A stretch of 64,000 nucleotides of DNA, from assembly GCA_965112735.1 (NCBI GenBank), contig OZ218956.1, positions 1,922,001-1,986,000 on the forward strand, in the 5' to 3' direction. The position numbers and the translations under genes are program-made. Of the stretch, positions 1 through 11,574 are shown one piece after another. Every line of letters begins with the position of its first letter. Positions within the stretch are counted from its first letter, which is position 1. The notes under the pieces are model-generated. The model was not told the origin of the DNA. It saw nothing but the letters and a program-made list of their open reading frames with translations, and did not search any database. Origin of the DNA: Phaeosaccion multiseriatum. Taxonomy: Eukaryota > Protista > Ochrophyta, other classes.

Positions 1-1223
1 CCGAGTGTCTCGCTGCTTGAGCCGCTGCCTCTCATGATGCACAAGAACGCACAGTGCCTCGCTGCTGAGCTCCATCACCGTATGGGGGGGAAGGTGAGAG
101 AGAGTGTGTGTGTGTGTGCGTGTGTGTGTGTGTGTGTGTGAAGCAGAGGTTTCAGAGGGGATAGGGCAGAGCGTCAGAGAGGGAAGAGGACAGAGGACAG
201 AAAGTGGAGGACGGAGGACAAAGGTTCGCAGGCAGCTGAGCGAAGCGGAATAGAGCTGATGGGGAGGGAGGGTGAGGTAAAAGTGTGGATAAGCGGCAAA
301 ATGGCGGAGCATGCAGAGGTATATGGGGGGAGAGGGAGGAAACCACCCCCCTCTCCTGTTTCCGTTCCCAATCTGCCCATCCCGCTCTGATCCGACCACA
401 TCCACCCACCCACGCACCCTCCTCCTCTTTCTGAAGGTCCCGGAGCTTCTCTTCTCGGATGTGGAGTCCCTAACCCCCTACGCGGACGCTGACGTGGTGT
501 CCTGCCTCATCAATCTCGACATTCTTGTGCCCAAGGAGGGCCTGTCCAAGCCCGAGGCGTTTCACGCAAGGTAGCTTGCTTACATGCTGGGAGAGGAGAG
601 GAGAGGGGAGGGGAGGGTGGTGGGTGGGTGGGGAGAGGAGGGGACGGGACGGGACGGGAGGGGAGGGGAGGAGAGTGGAGTGGAGGGGAGGGGAGGGGTG
701 GAGAGCGGAGGGGAAGGGTGGGGTGAGGGTTGGATGGGATTGTATCGTAAGGGATGGGATGGGATGGCAGTGGGTGGGAGGGGATGGCAGTGGATGGGAG
801 GGGATGGCAGTGGGTGTGAGGGGATGGCAGTGGATGGGAGGAGATGGCAGAGGATGGGAGGGGATGGCAGTGCATGGGAGGGGATGGCAGTGGATGGGAG
901 GGGATGGTGGGATAGGAGAGGACTTCCTCTCCCCTAACCTCTGCACTACCTTTGCTCATACGCCTCTGCACTTGCCCTTTCCTGCCCATACACCTCTGCA
1001 TGCCCCCTTAGACACACGGACGTGTTGCGGGCGGTGTCAGCGCAAGTCGTGGACGTGATGGCCGGGCGACTCGGCAGCGGCTTTGTGCCTCTCGACCTCA
1101 GGTGCGGGGGAGAGAAGAACCTGTGTGTGCGTGTGTGTGTGTGAGAGAGAGAGAGTGAGTATGAATTTGTTCTTCGCTTACCTGCCCCCCCCTCCCTTCC
1201 CTCTGTTCTTCGCGCTTGGGTGA

Positions 1224-1254
<31 letters not shown>

Positions 1255-1500
1255 ATCTCTACCCTTTACCCATCCACCGCTACTCTAGCCTGTATCTGGC
1301 TCAGCTCAGCCGTGGCAAGTCCCAAAAAGCCAAGCCTCGCTTTGCCCCTGTTCGCTCCACAATGCTCTGAGTGTGCCTTCACTGGGCACACGGTAGGAGA
1401 GGGGAGAGAAAACAGAACGACATTCACCACGAGGTTACTGCAGGAGGAGACGGGAAAAGCAGCCGCCGCCGCAGCAGCAGCAGCAGTAGCAGAGGAATGA
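1..1500 (+). CDS. 3' part of a queuosine salvage (QNG1/DUF2419, Q_salvage)-like protein; spliced, 5' end outside the window
   Basis: GT-AG exons 1-93, 437-570 and 1012-1101 join in frame: ...MHKNAQCLAAELHHRMGGK|VPELLFSDVESLTPYADADVVSCLINLDIL...|RHTDVLRAVSAQVVDVMAGRL...PLDL. This resembles QNG1 C-terminal motifs (KRAQILVADxW; DIDSLTMFADY...LxxLGxL; IRxxSxxAVE). The last exon (~1433-1500) is uncertain. Confidence 0.5.
762..912. repeat. ~20-bp intronic minisatellite (GGGATGGCAGTGGATGGGAG)n
   Basis: About 7 degenerate tandem copies; same core as the 26-bp array at 27830-28955. Confidence 0.85.
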
Positions 1501-1745
1501 GGGGGGGGGGAGAACGATGCGGAGAACGATGACAGGGACCCGCATGAGCCATTTGATGAGGGTTTAACGAAAGAGGTGAAGGGGCGAAGCCCCGTTTGGA
1601 AGTATATGTTTCTCATGAAGGAAAGGGAAGCTGGATGTGGTGATGAAAAGGGAGAGGGCAGCGGCGGAGGAACAGAGAGAGAAACAGGCAGCTGCTGCTG
1701 ATAATTGTGCTGCACTGTTTACAGATGATGGTCGAGGGAGGAAAA

Positions 1746-1932
1746 GGACGATTTTTTTGACGACGTTGGACGACGTTTGACGACGTTTGACGACGCTTTA
1801 GCCCCCTATTTTAGACGAAATTAAGGCGAATTAAGATAAAAGGGCGTCAAAGGGCGTCAAAGTGCGTCAAATAGTTTAATCGTCAAAAAAAATAAAAAAA
1901 ATGGGGCGTCAAAAGTGCCACTCAACCGCGCA
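1746..1932. mobile_element. Degenerate copy of the foldback MITE family seen at 59876-60336
   Basis: Shares TTTGACGACG subrepeats, GCTTTAGCCCCCTAT, AGGGCGTCAA subrepeats and the terminal GGGCGTCAAAAGTGCCACTCAACCGCG with the element at 59.9-60.3 kb. Confidence 0.8.
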
Positions 1933-2026
1933 ACGGCGAAGCGGTGGTCGAAAAGTAATTTCAGTTGAGACAATCTTTATACAGTAAGAGGAGGAAGATC
2001 TCCCGCTTCTCTAGGGCAGCGGGCTG

Positions 2027-4825
2027 ATGTAATTGCCTTGGGGGTTAGTCAGTGGACAACGCCGCGGTAGTAGCCTGCCCCTCCATGAAAGTAGCGCTGC
2101 TGTGCCCCCCCATGCCTTCAAGTTGCATGGAGGAGAGCGTGAGGGAGCGACGGAAGGAGCAGTATCGCCAGTGCACTCTGCGAGGGGGGTTTGCTATGAC
2201 AGAGGAGACCCCACGCCACCTGCTGACGAGTCTGAGGAGCAGAGATTGGAAAGTAGAGGAGAAGTTGGGGAGAGCAGCAACAAGAAGAAGGAGAGAAAGG
2301 GGAAGAAGTTGGTTACCTCGGAGAAGACGTTGAGACGCCTTCGACTCTTCTTCCTGCTGTGTGTGGGGGTAGTGGCTACCCACTTCGTCGCGTTGGCGTA
2401 TGCCAAATCTCTGGAGAATGAGGAGATGACAGCCTACAGAGCCGACGTTGTCTTCCTTCAGACCACAGTCTTCAACCAGCTCATAGCTTCAGACGGCGAG
2501 AGCGACATCATCCGCGTGGCCATGCAGACGTGGGGCAGCAACCTCACTCTGGACCAATACTCTGAATTGACGGCCCCAGGCACTACGTCGGAAGGAAAGT
2601 CTATCGCCTACGCGGCGAGGGTGCCCGCGGAAGCTCGGCCTGAGGTCGAGGCGGCCGCGTCGGCTTTATATGGGCAAGGCATCTTTTTCAAGGACTTGTC
2701 TCCGACAGGCTTTGTGGTTCGGGCAAATATCACAGAGGGGGAGGACTACTGGCCAATAACGCACGTAGAGCCGCGCAACGACAGGATAGTTGGCTTCGAT
2801 GTCGCTTCGGAGAGTGTCCGACGGGCGGCAGCTGAACGTGCAGTTTCCACAGAGAAAATTGCATACACGAAACCCATTGCTAATGACGGGGGAGAGATAT
2901 CATTCAGTAAAATACTGACCGTCAGAGGAGGTCCATCGCTGCTCAGCAGCTCATCATCAGCAGCAGATGGATCCCCGGGGGGAAGTGGCGATGACGTCAC
3001 GGGGCTCCTCGTCGTTTTCGTCAGAGCAGAGCGTGAGCTGGAGCAAAGCTCGTTGCAAAAGTTTGAGAGCTCGTACCCTGGCACTCAAGTAGACATTGGC
3101 TTTCTCGCGAGCGATGGGTCGAGGGCGAGCCTCCATGGGGTGCCTTTTACAGATGCCTCGGGTAAGGGGTCGTCCAAGACGATTCTCGGCTCCAAAGCCA
3201 CTTCCGACGTCGAAACGACTTTCTACGTGGAAACGGCCTCTGTCCCACGTCCCCTCGAGAAGCGAGGCCTTCCGTGGGAGTACTTTGCTGTGCTGTCGGG
3301 GGGTGTGCTGCTGTTTTCGCTGCTCTGCTACTGGGAGCATCGCAGTTTCTTGCTCCGGGCCGCCATGAAGGAAGAAGCAGCGGCCGCAAGAGAGGCTTCC
3401 TCTGCCAAGTCGTGCTTCCTCCGCTCCATTACGCACGAGATTCGCACGCCCATGAACGGCATCGTGGGAATGGCCCAAGTGCTCGAAAGCGTCGACCTTC
3501 CCGACTCGGCGCGGCCGTACGTCAACGTGATACACTCGTGCTCTGCTACCTTGCTCAGCCTGGTGAACAACATTCTCGACATGAGCAAGATCGAGGCAGG
3601 CAAGATTGAGATTAGCAACAGGTCGTTCGCTCTCGACACGCTCGCGGTGGAGATGGTGGAGAGCGCGTGGACCGTCCTGCATACGTGTGGCACCTCTTCG
3701 CTCTCCAGCATGAGCCTCACCATCGGGAGCAGTGTTCCACGGGGTCGCGTGGTTGGCGACGACGTGCGGATTCGGCAGCTGTTCAACAACTTCATCGGCA
3801 ACGCAGTAAAGTTCACCAGGCAGGGCTCCGTCGATCTCTTTCTGGACGCCACACAGACGAGCGGCGAGTCAGAGGAGGTGATGATTCTCCTCACTGTACG
3901 CGACACTGGCATCGGGATGGCACCTGACGCGGTCGAGCGCCTCTTTAAACCCTTTGTCCAGGTGCACGACACCACGACTACCAACGTGCAGGGCACTGGC
4001 CTGGGGCTGGCCATCTCCTTCGCCCTTGCTCAGGCCATGGGGGGAGACGTGACCTGCTCGTCGGTGTTGGGCAAGGGGTCAGAGTTTCGCTGCACCTTCA
4101 AAGTGGAAGGCAAGCTTCACGAGGCTACCACGGTGGCCCATCGGCGAGTGTACACGAGAGATGACGGCGTACGCGTGGAAGGAGAGCCACTCATCCCAAC
4201 CGGCAACGAGGACACATGCGACCGGTCGGGGACGAGCGCGACTCCGAGGGAAGGAGAAGCACATAGGGGGCTCCTAAGGGGCAGTAGTGGGGATGATCCT
4301 CGTCCTCCCCGCGTGCTGGTGGTGGACGATAACAAGATCAATCGAATGGTGCTGAGCAAGCTGCTGGGCTCGCTGGGTCTGCCCGTGGAAAGTGCGGGTA
4401 CCGGCCTTCAAGCGGTGGAGTCGTGTGGCCTGCAGCGCTTCTCTGTGATCCTGCTAGACAAGGTCATGCCGGTTATGGATGGCATCGACGCCGCTAAAGA
4501 GCTGAGAGCTGGCGACGGCCCTTGCAAAGACACGCCCATCATCTTCCTCACTGCGGATGGCTCGACGGAGGCCATCCGGGAGTGTAGGCAGGCGGGCGGG
4601 AGCGACTTTATCACCAAACCTGTGCGGCGAGAGACCCTCGTCGAGAAGATGGCAGGCGTTTTGCCCCCGCCCGAGCGCAGCTGGTTGTTGGACAAGGAGA
4701 GAGAGTTCTGCGAGTCGAGGAAGCAGGCCACCCACCTGCAAGGCATGGGGCGGATACGGCCAGAGGAGAGCAGTACGCGCAACCGAGAAGAAGACGGCGA
4801 TGGACGGCGGAGGGTTGAGGACTGA
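2027..4825 (+). CDS. Intronless membrane hybrid histidine kinase, TM-CHASE-TM-HisKA-HATPase_c-REC (copy A); presumed start reads ATG-TAA
   Basis: CHASE motif YWPITHVEPRNDRIVGFDVASESVRRAAAERA between two hydrophobic helices; H-box FLRSITHEIRTPMNGIVG; N-box RQLFNNFIGNAVKFT; G1 DTGIG; F LFKPF; G2 GTGLGL; receiver VVDDN...LLDKVMPVMDG...LTA...ITKP. ATG 2027-2029 is followed by TAA 2030-2032 (CAA in copy B). The next in-frame ATG is 2426, after the first TM helix. Confidence 0.93.
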
Positions 4826-5364
4826 GGGCGAGGGCTCAGGGTTCTGAGGACTGTCCGTCTTTCCGTCTGAGGAGGAGACGAGCGAGACGATCCCGGGACG
4901 ATAGAAACTGTATGCGTAATGCTTGTAGGTTTATGTACCTTAGTTTATGCAAGTGTGAGAAATTATGTACAAGTAAGTTAATGCATTTAAATTGCGTGAG
5001 GGAGCGAAAGTGCGCGAGTGAGTGAGTGGGTGAATGAGTAAGTGAGAGTGAGCGAGTGAGAGGGAGGTGAGTGACAGACTGAGGCCGTGTATCGGGTTCA
5101 CCTGGGGAAACTAAGCACCTTAGTATGTCGGACCCATCGCCTCTGCCGCAGAATGCTGTGTGCAGGTACGTTCACACGTGTGTGCGCGTGTGCGTGTGTG
5201 CGTGTGCGTGCGTGTGTGCGTGGGCGCGTGGGCGCCAGCGGAAGGTCTTGCTGTGGTGAGTGACTCCGAATGAGAGCGTGAGGGAGTGTGTGCGTACATG
5301 TGCTTCCTCAATGTCCGGCCCACTGCGGACATTCTCATCCTCAGACGTTGCGTACAGGCTCTAC

Positions 5365-5700
5365 AGAAGTAGCACAGCAAAGAAGACAGGACAGAGTGCA
5401 CAGGGGAGAGAGGGGGATAGAGCATGGAGACCAGCGAACGAGGGCCTCGGTTGGTCTGTTGGTTTGCATGTGACTCTTGACTGTAACTTGGACGGCGTTG
5501 CGTGGACAGAAAGAAGGGACATTGACTTACCGCCGCTAATGACTTAATGGTAAGTGGCGGTGGGGCTTCGCGCAGGGCTCACAGTTGCCAAAAAGCATCT
5601 GAAGGCCAGAGAGAAGAGAGAGAGAGACGAGAGAGGAGAGAAACAGAGAGAAATGGAGAGGGAGAGAGAGAAGAAGAAGAAGAAGAAGAAGAGAGAGAGA
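5365..5700 (-). pseudogene. Duplicated, decayed fragment of NIT2 (exon [17 protein letters not shown] plus flanking introns)
   Basis: Homologous to 12530-12860. The donor junction is altered (CTTACCTGGTAA in the gene vs CTTAATGGTAA here), which destroys the GT. Confidence 0.8.
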
Positions 5701-5708
5701 ATCAGCCA

Positions 5709-7000
5709 GGAGGAGGAGGAGCGAGGAGGAGGAGGAGGAGGAGAAGAAGAAGAAGAAGAAGAAGAAGAAGAAGAAGAAGGAGGAGGAGGAGGAGGAGGAG
5801 GAGGAAGAAGAGGAAGAAAAGGAGGAGGAGGAGGAGGAGGAGGAGGAGGAGGAGGAGGAGGAGCTAGGAGGAGGAGGAGGAGGAGGAGGAGGAGGAGAAG
5901 GAGGAGGAGGAGGAGGAGGAGGAGGAGGAGCAAGCAAGGAGGAGGAGGAGGAGGAGGAGGAGGAGGAGGAGGAGGAGGAGGAGGAGGAAGAGGAGGAGGA
6001 GGAGGAGGAGGAGGAGGAGGAGGAGGAGGAGGAGGAGGAGGAGGAGGAGGAGGAGGAGGAGGAGGAGGAGGAGGAGGAGGAGGAGGAGGAGGAGGAGGAG
6101 GAGGAGGAGGAGGAGGAGGAGGAGGAGGAGGAGGAGGAGGAGGAGGAGGAGGAGGAGGAGGAGGAGGAGGAGGAGGAGGAGGAGGAGGAGGAGGAGGAGG
6201 AGGAGGAGGAGGAGGAGGAGGAGGAGGAGGAGGAGGAGGAGGAGGAGGAGGAGGAGGAGGAGGAGGAGGAGGAGGAGGAGGAGGAGGAGGAGGAGGAGGA
6301 GGAGGAGGAGGAGGAGGAGGAGGAGGAGGAGGAGGAGGAGGAGGAGGAGGAGGAGGAGGAGGAGGAGGAGGAGGAGGAGGAGGAGGAGGAGGAGGAGGAG
6401 GAGGAGGGAGGAGGAGGAGGAGGAGGAGGAGGAGGAGGAGGAGGAGGAGGAGGAGGAGGAGGAGGAAGAGGAGGAGCTAGAAGGAGGAGGAAGAGGAGGA
6501 AGAGGAAGAGGAGGAAGAGGTGGAGGAGGAGGAGGAGGAGGAGGAGGAGGAGGAGGAGGAGGAGGAGGAGGAGGAGGAGGAGGAAGAGGAGGAGGAGGAG
6601 GAGGAGGAGGAGGAGGAGGAGGAGGAGGAGGAGGAGGAGGAGGAGGAGGAGGAGGAGGAGGAGGAGGAGGAGGAGGAGGAGGAGGAGAGGAGGAGGAGGA
6701 GGAGGAGGAGGAGGAGGAGGAGGAGGAGGAGGAGGAGGAGGAGGAGGAGGAGGAGGAGGAGGAGGAGGAGGAGGAGGAGGAGGAGGAGGAGGAGGAGGAG
6801 GAGGAGGAGGAGGAGGAGGAGGAGGAGGAGGAGGAGGAGGAGGAGGAGGAGGAGGAGGAGGAGGAGGAGGAGGAGGAGAAGGAGGAGGAGGAGGAGGAGG
6901 AGGAGGAGGAGGAGGAGGAGGAGAAGGAGGAGGAGGAGGAGGAGGAGGAGGAGGAGGAGGAGGAGGAGGAGGAGGAGCAAGCAAGGAGGAGGAGGAGAAG
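5709..7000. repeat. ~1.3 kb (GGA)n trinucleotide microsatellite
   Basis: Almost pure GGA array with occasional GAA and phase shifts; source of the poly-G/E/R/P/S/L ORFs. Confidence 0.97.
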
Positions 7001-7881
7001 AGGGGGGGTAGTAAAGAAGCCGACAAGCGTCCTGCTACATTACTCAGCTTGGATCGTTTCTTCGGGCTTTGGCCTCAGCTCGACACAAGAAAACGAGGGG
7101 TGTCCATCCGTCCACCAGCCACCCACAGCAGGAGCGAGGAGGAGGAAGCGGGGGGGAAGGAAGAAAAAGGGGACGACATGAAAGGCAGGACGAGGAGCAG
7201 GAGAAAGAGAAGCAGCAGCGTTGGGCAGGCGGGGAGGAGCGGCGGGGGAGGGACAGATTCCATGCGGTAGAAGCTCTGTCAAGACAGGCGTTCTCTTCTT
7301 CGACCCCTGACGTGGCTGGCTGCTATGGACCACATTCTCGATAGCATGCTATCGTCGGCCGCCAGCATGTATCGTCCCCCCCTGGCACAGGAACTTCCCT
7401 TGTTGGCCCAACGCCGGTCAAGTACGAGTTCTTCGCCGATGCTCTTGCCGCAGTGGCTCTTGCTGTTGTGATAAGAAGGGCCTTGCCGCCGCCGCGGGCT
7501 TGTTCGGCCGGGGCTGGAGGTGTCTTGTCAGTTGCTGTAGGGTGTCTTCTTGCTTCCTGTAGGCCTAGTAGCCTTTGCGGGGGCAAGAAGGGGATCACAC
7601 GACTGCCAGATCCTGGTCGCTCTCCGCCTCTGCCGTCAACAAAAGGAAGAGGGTCCGATCCATTCCCATGTAGTGAGCCCTGATCCTGGCATGGATCTCC
7701 CCCTTCTTGCCACCGGTGGTCAATCGAAGCGAGCGGTTGGATCAGCTTTGGAGATTTGAAGTGAAGCTTTGCCAGTCTGAGTTTAAGTTTGAGACTATCG
7801 ATAACGTCTAATCTTCAATCTTCTAATCTTTATAATCTCCACGAGGAGGAAGATCTCCCTCTTCTCTAGGGCAGCGGGCTG

Positions 7882-10665
7882 ATGCAATTGCCTTGGGGGT
7901 TAGTCAGTGGACAACGCCGCGGTAGCAGCCTGCCCCTCCATGAAAGTAGCGCTGCTGTCAAGTTGCATGGAGGAGAACGTGAGGGGGCGACGCAAGGAGC
8001 AGTATCGCCAGTGCACTCTGCGAGGGGGATTTGCTATGACAGAGGAGACCCCACGCCACCTGCTGACGAGTCTGAGGAGCAGAGATTGGAAAGTAGAGGA
8101 GAAGTTGGGGAGAGCAGCAACAAGAAGAAGGAGAGACAGGGGAAGAAGTTGGTTACCTCGGAGAAGACGTTGAGACTCCTTCGACTCTTCTTCCTGCTGT
8201 GTGTGGGGGTAGTGGCTACCCACTTCGTCGCGTTGGCGTATGCCAAATCTCTGGAGAATGAGGAGATGACAGCCTACAGAGCCGACGTTGTCTTCCTTCA
8301 GACCACAGTCTTCAACCAGCTCATAGCTTCAGACGGCGAGAGCGACATCATCCGCGTGGCCATGCAGACGTGGGGCAGCAACCTCACTCTGGACCAATAC
8401 TCTGAATTGACGGCCCCAGGCACTACGTCGGAAGGAAAGTCTATCTCCTACGCGGCGAGGGTGCCCGCGGAAGCTCGGCCTGAGGTCGAGGCGGCCGCGT
8501 CGGCTTGATATGGGCAAGACATCTTTTTCAAGGAGTTGTCTCCGACAGGCCTTGTGGTTCGGGCAAATATCACAGAGGGGGAGGACAACTGGCCAATAAC
8601 GCACTTAGAGCCGCGCAACGACAGGATAGTTGGCTTCGATGCCGCTTCGGAGAGTGTCCGACGGGCGGCAGCTGAACGTGCAGTTTCCACAGAGAAAATT
8701 GCATACACGAAACCCATTGCTACTGACGGGGGAGACATATCATTCAGTAAAATACTGACCGTCAGAGGAGGTCCATCGCTGCTCAGCAGCTCATCATCAG
8801 CAGCAGATGGATCCCCGGGGGGAAGTGGCGATGACGTCACGGGGCTCCTCGTCGTTTTCGTCAGAGCAGAGCGTGAGCTGGAGCAAAGCTCGTTGCAAAA
8901 GTTTGAGAGCTCGTACCCTGGCACTCAAGTAGACATTGGCTTTCTCGCGAGCGATGGGTCGACGGCGAGCCTCCATGGGGTGCCTTTTACAGATGCCTCG
9001 GGTAAGGGGTCGTCCAAGACGATTCTCGGCTCCAAAGCCACTTCCGACGTCGAAACGACTTTCTACGTGGAAACGGCCTCTGTCCCACGTCACCTCGAGA
9101 AGCGAGGCCTTCCGTGGGAGTACTTTGCTGTGCTGTCAGGGGGTGTGCTGCTGTTTTCGCTGCTCTGCTACTGGGAGCATCGCAGTTTCTTGCTCCGGGC
9201 CGCCATGAAGGAAGAAGCAGCGGCCGCAAGAGAGGCCTCCTCTGCCAAGTCGTGCTTCCTCCGCTCTATTACGCACGAGATTCGCACGCCCATGAACGGC
9301 ATCGTGGGAATGGCCCAAGTGCTCGAAAGCGTCGACCTTCCCGACTCGGCGCGGCCGTACGTCAACGTGATACACTCGTGCTCTGCTACCTTGCTCAGCC
9401 TGGTGAACAACATTCTCGACATGAGCAAGATCGAGGCAGGCAAGATTGAGATTAGCAACAGGTCGTTCGCTCTCGACACGCTCGCGGTGGAGATGGTGGA
9501 GAGCGCGTGGACCGTCCTGCATACGTGTGGCACCTCTTCGCTCTCCAGCATGAGCCTCACCATCGGGAGCAGTGTTCCACGGGGTCGCGTGGTTGGCGAC
9601 GACGTGCGGATTCGGCAGCTGTTCAACAACTTCATCGGCAACGCAGTAAAGTTCACCAGGCAGGGCTCCATCGATCTCTTTCTGGACGCCACACAGACGA
9701 GCGGCGAGTCAGAGGAGGTGATGATTCTCCTCACTGTACGCGACACAGGCATCGGGATGGCACCTGACGCGGTCGAGCGCCTCTTTAAACCCTTTGTCCA
9801 GGTGCACGACACCACAACTACCAACGTGCAGGGCACTGGCCTGGGGCTGGCCATCTCCTTCGCCCTTGCTCAGGCCATGGGGGGAGACGTGACCTGCTCG
9901 TCGGTGTTGGGCAAGGGGTCAGAGTTTCGCTGCACCTTCAAAGTGGAAGGCAAGCTTCACGAGGCTACCACGGTGGCCCATCGGCGAGTGTACACGAGAG
10001 ATGACGGCGTACGCGTGGAAGGAGGGCCACTTATCCCAACCGGCAACGAGGACACATGCGACCGGTCGGGGACGAGCGCGACTCCGAGGGAAGGAGAAGC
10101 ACATAGGGGGCTCCTAAGGGGCAGTAGTGGGGAAGATCCTCGTCCTCCCCGCGTGCTGGTGGTGGACGATAACAAGATCAATCGAATGGTGCTGAGCAAG
10201 CTGCTGGGCTCGCTGGGTCTGCCCGTGGAAAGTGCGGGTACCGGCCTTCAAGCGGTGGAGTCGTGTGGCCTGCAGCGCTTCTCTGTGATCCTGCTAGACA
10301 AGGTCATGCCGGTTATGGACGGCATCGACGCCGCTAAAGAGCTGAGAGCTGGCGACGGCCCTTGCAAAGACACGCCCATCATCTTCCTCACTGCGGATGG
10401 CTCGACGGAGGCCATCCGGGAGTGTAGGCAGGCGGGCGGGAGCGACTTTATCACCAAACCTGTGCGGCGAGAGACCCTCGTCGAGAAGATGGCAGGCGTT
10501 TTGTCCCCGCCCGAGCGCAGCTGGTTGTTGGACAAGGAGAGAGAGTTCTGCGAGTCGAGGAAGCAGGCCACCCACCTGCAAGGCATGGGGCGGATACGGC
10601 CAGAGGAGAGCAGTACGCGCAACCGAGAAGAAGACGGCGATGGACGGCGGAGGGTTGAGGACTGA
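7882..10665 (+). pseudogene. Intronless CHASE hybrid histidine kinase (copy B) with an in-frame TGA in the sensor region
   Basis: Near-identical to copy A. Intact ATG-CAA start, but TTA(Leu) is replaced by TGA at 8506-8508; the frame stays open after it to 10665. A 15-nt in-frame indel lies near the N-terminus. Confidence 0.88.
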
Positions 10666-11574
10666 GGGCGAGGGCTCAGGGTTCTGAGGACTGTCCGTCT
10701 GTCCGTCTGAGGAGGAGACGAGCGAGACGATCCCAGGACGATAGAAACTGTATGCGTAATGCGTGTAGGTTTATTTACCTTTGTAGGAGGAGTTTATGCA
10801 AGTGTGAGAAATTATGTACAAGTAAGTTAATGTATAAATCACTCTAAACTGAGTGAGTGAGCGAAAGTGCGCGAGTGAGTGAGTGGGTGAATGAGTAAGT
10901 GAGAGTGAGCGAGTGAGAGGGAGGTGAATGACAGACTGAGGCCGTGTATCGGGTTCACCTGGGGAAACTAAGCACCTTAGTATGTCGGACCCATCGCCTC
11001 TGCCGCAGAATGCTGTGTGCAGGTACGTTCACACGTGTGTACGCGTGTGCGTGTGAGCGTGGGCGCGGGGGCGCCAGCGGAAGGCCTTACTGTGGTGAGT
11101 GACTCCGAATGAGAGCGTGAGGGAGTGTGTGCGTACATGTGCTTCCTCAATGTCCGGCCCACTGCGGACAGTCTCATCCTCAGACGTTGCGTACAGGCTC
11201 TACGGCGACCGCCTCGTCGCCGCCGCAGCAAAACGGTAGTAGTTTTGGGGGCAAACGCGTAGAAGGCCAGAGAACCCCAGACTAATAAAACTACCCCACC
11301 ACCTTCTACTCTCTGCCTATATGACTCTATCACATGTACATCGGCCCCTTCTCCTTGAAGGGTTCAGTTTCAGTTGCAGTTTCATAGAGAAGTCAGCGGA
11401 CTTGTCTTGTCACTTATGGCTAATGGGGAACATGTTTGGGGGGGCGCTGTGACGGCAGCGATGGCTCTGTTTCTCGATAACTGGTCGGGGTCCATTCAAC
11501 TTAAACTGAGGCTGAACAGCTAATAAAAACTGCCTCCCCGTAGCCTTTGATATAGAGGCACGGCAAGGTGGGTC

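Noticed and set aside
5536-7026. Long poly-P/S/L/G/E/R ORFs
   Set aside because: Translations of the GGA microsatellite.
7011-7825. Possible transposon or gene remnant between the kinase copies
   Set aside because: Only short interrupted ORFs with no recognisable domain; left unassigned.
1746-10665. Integrated giant-virus genome segment
   Set aside because: Apart from the kinases there are no capsid, polymerase, integrase or other NCLDV genes; the flanks are ordinary spliced host genes.
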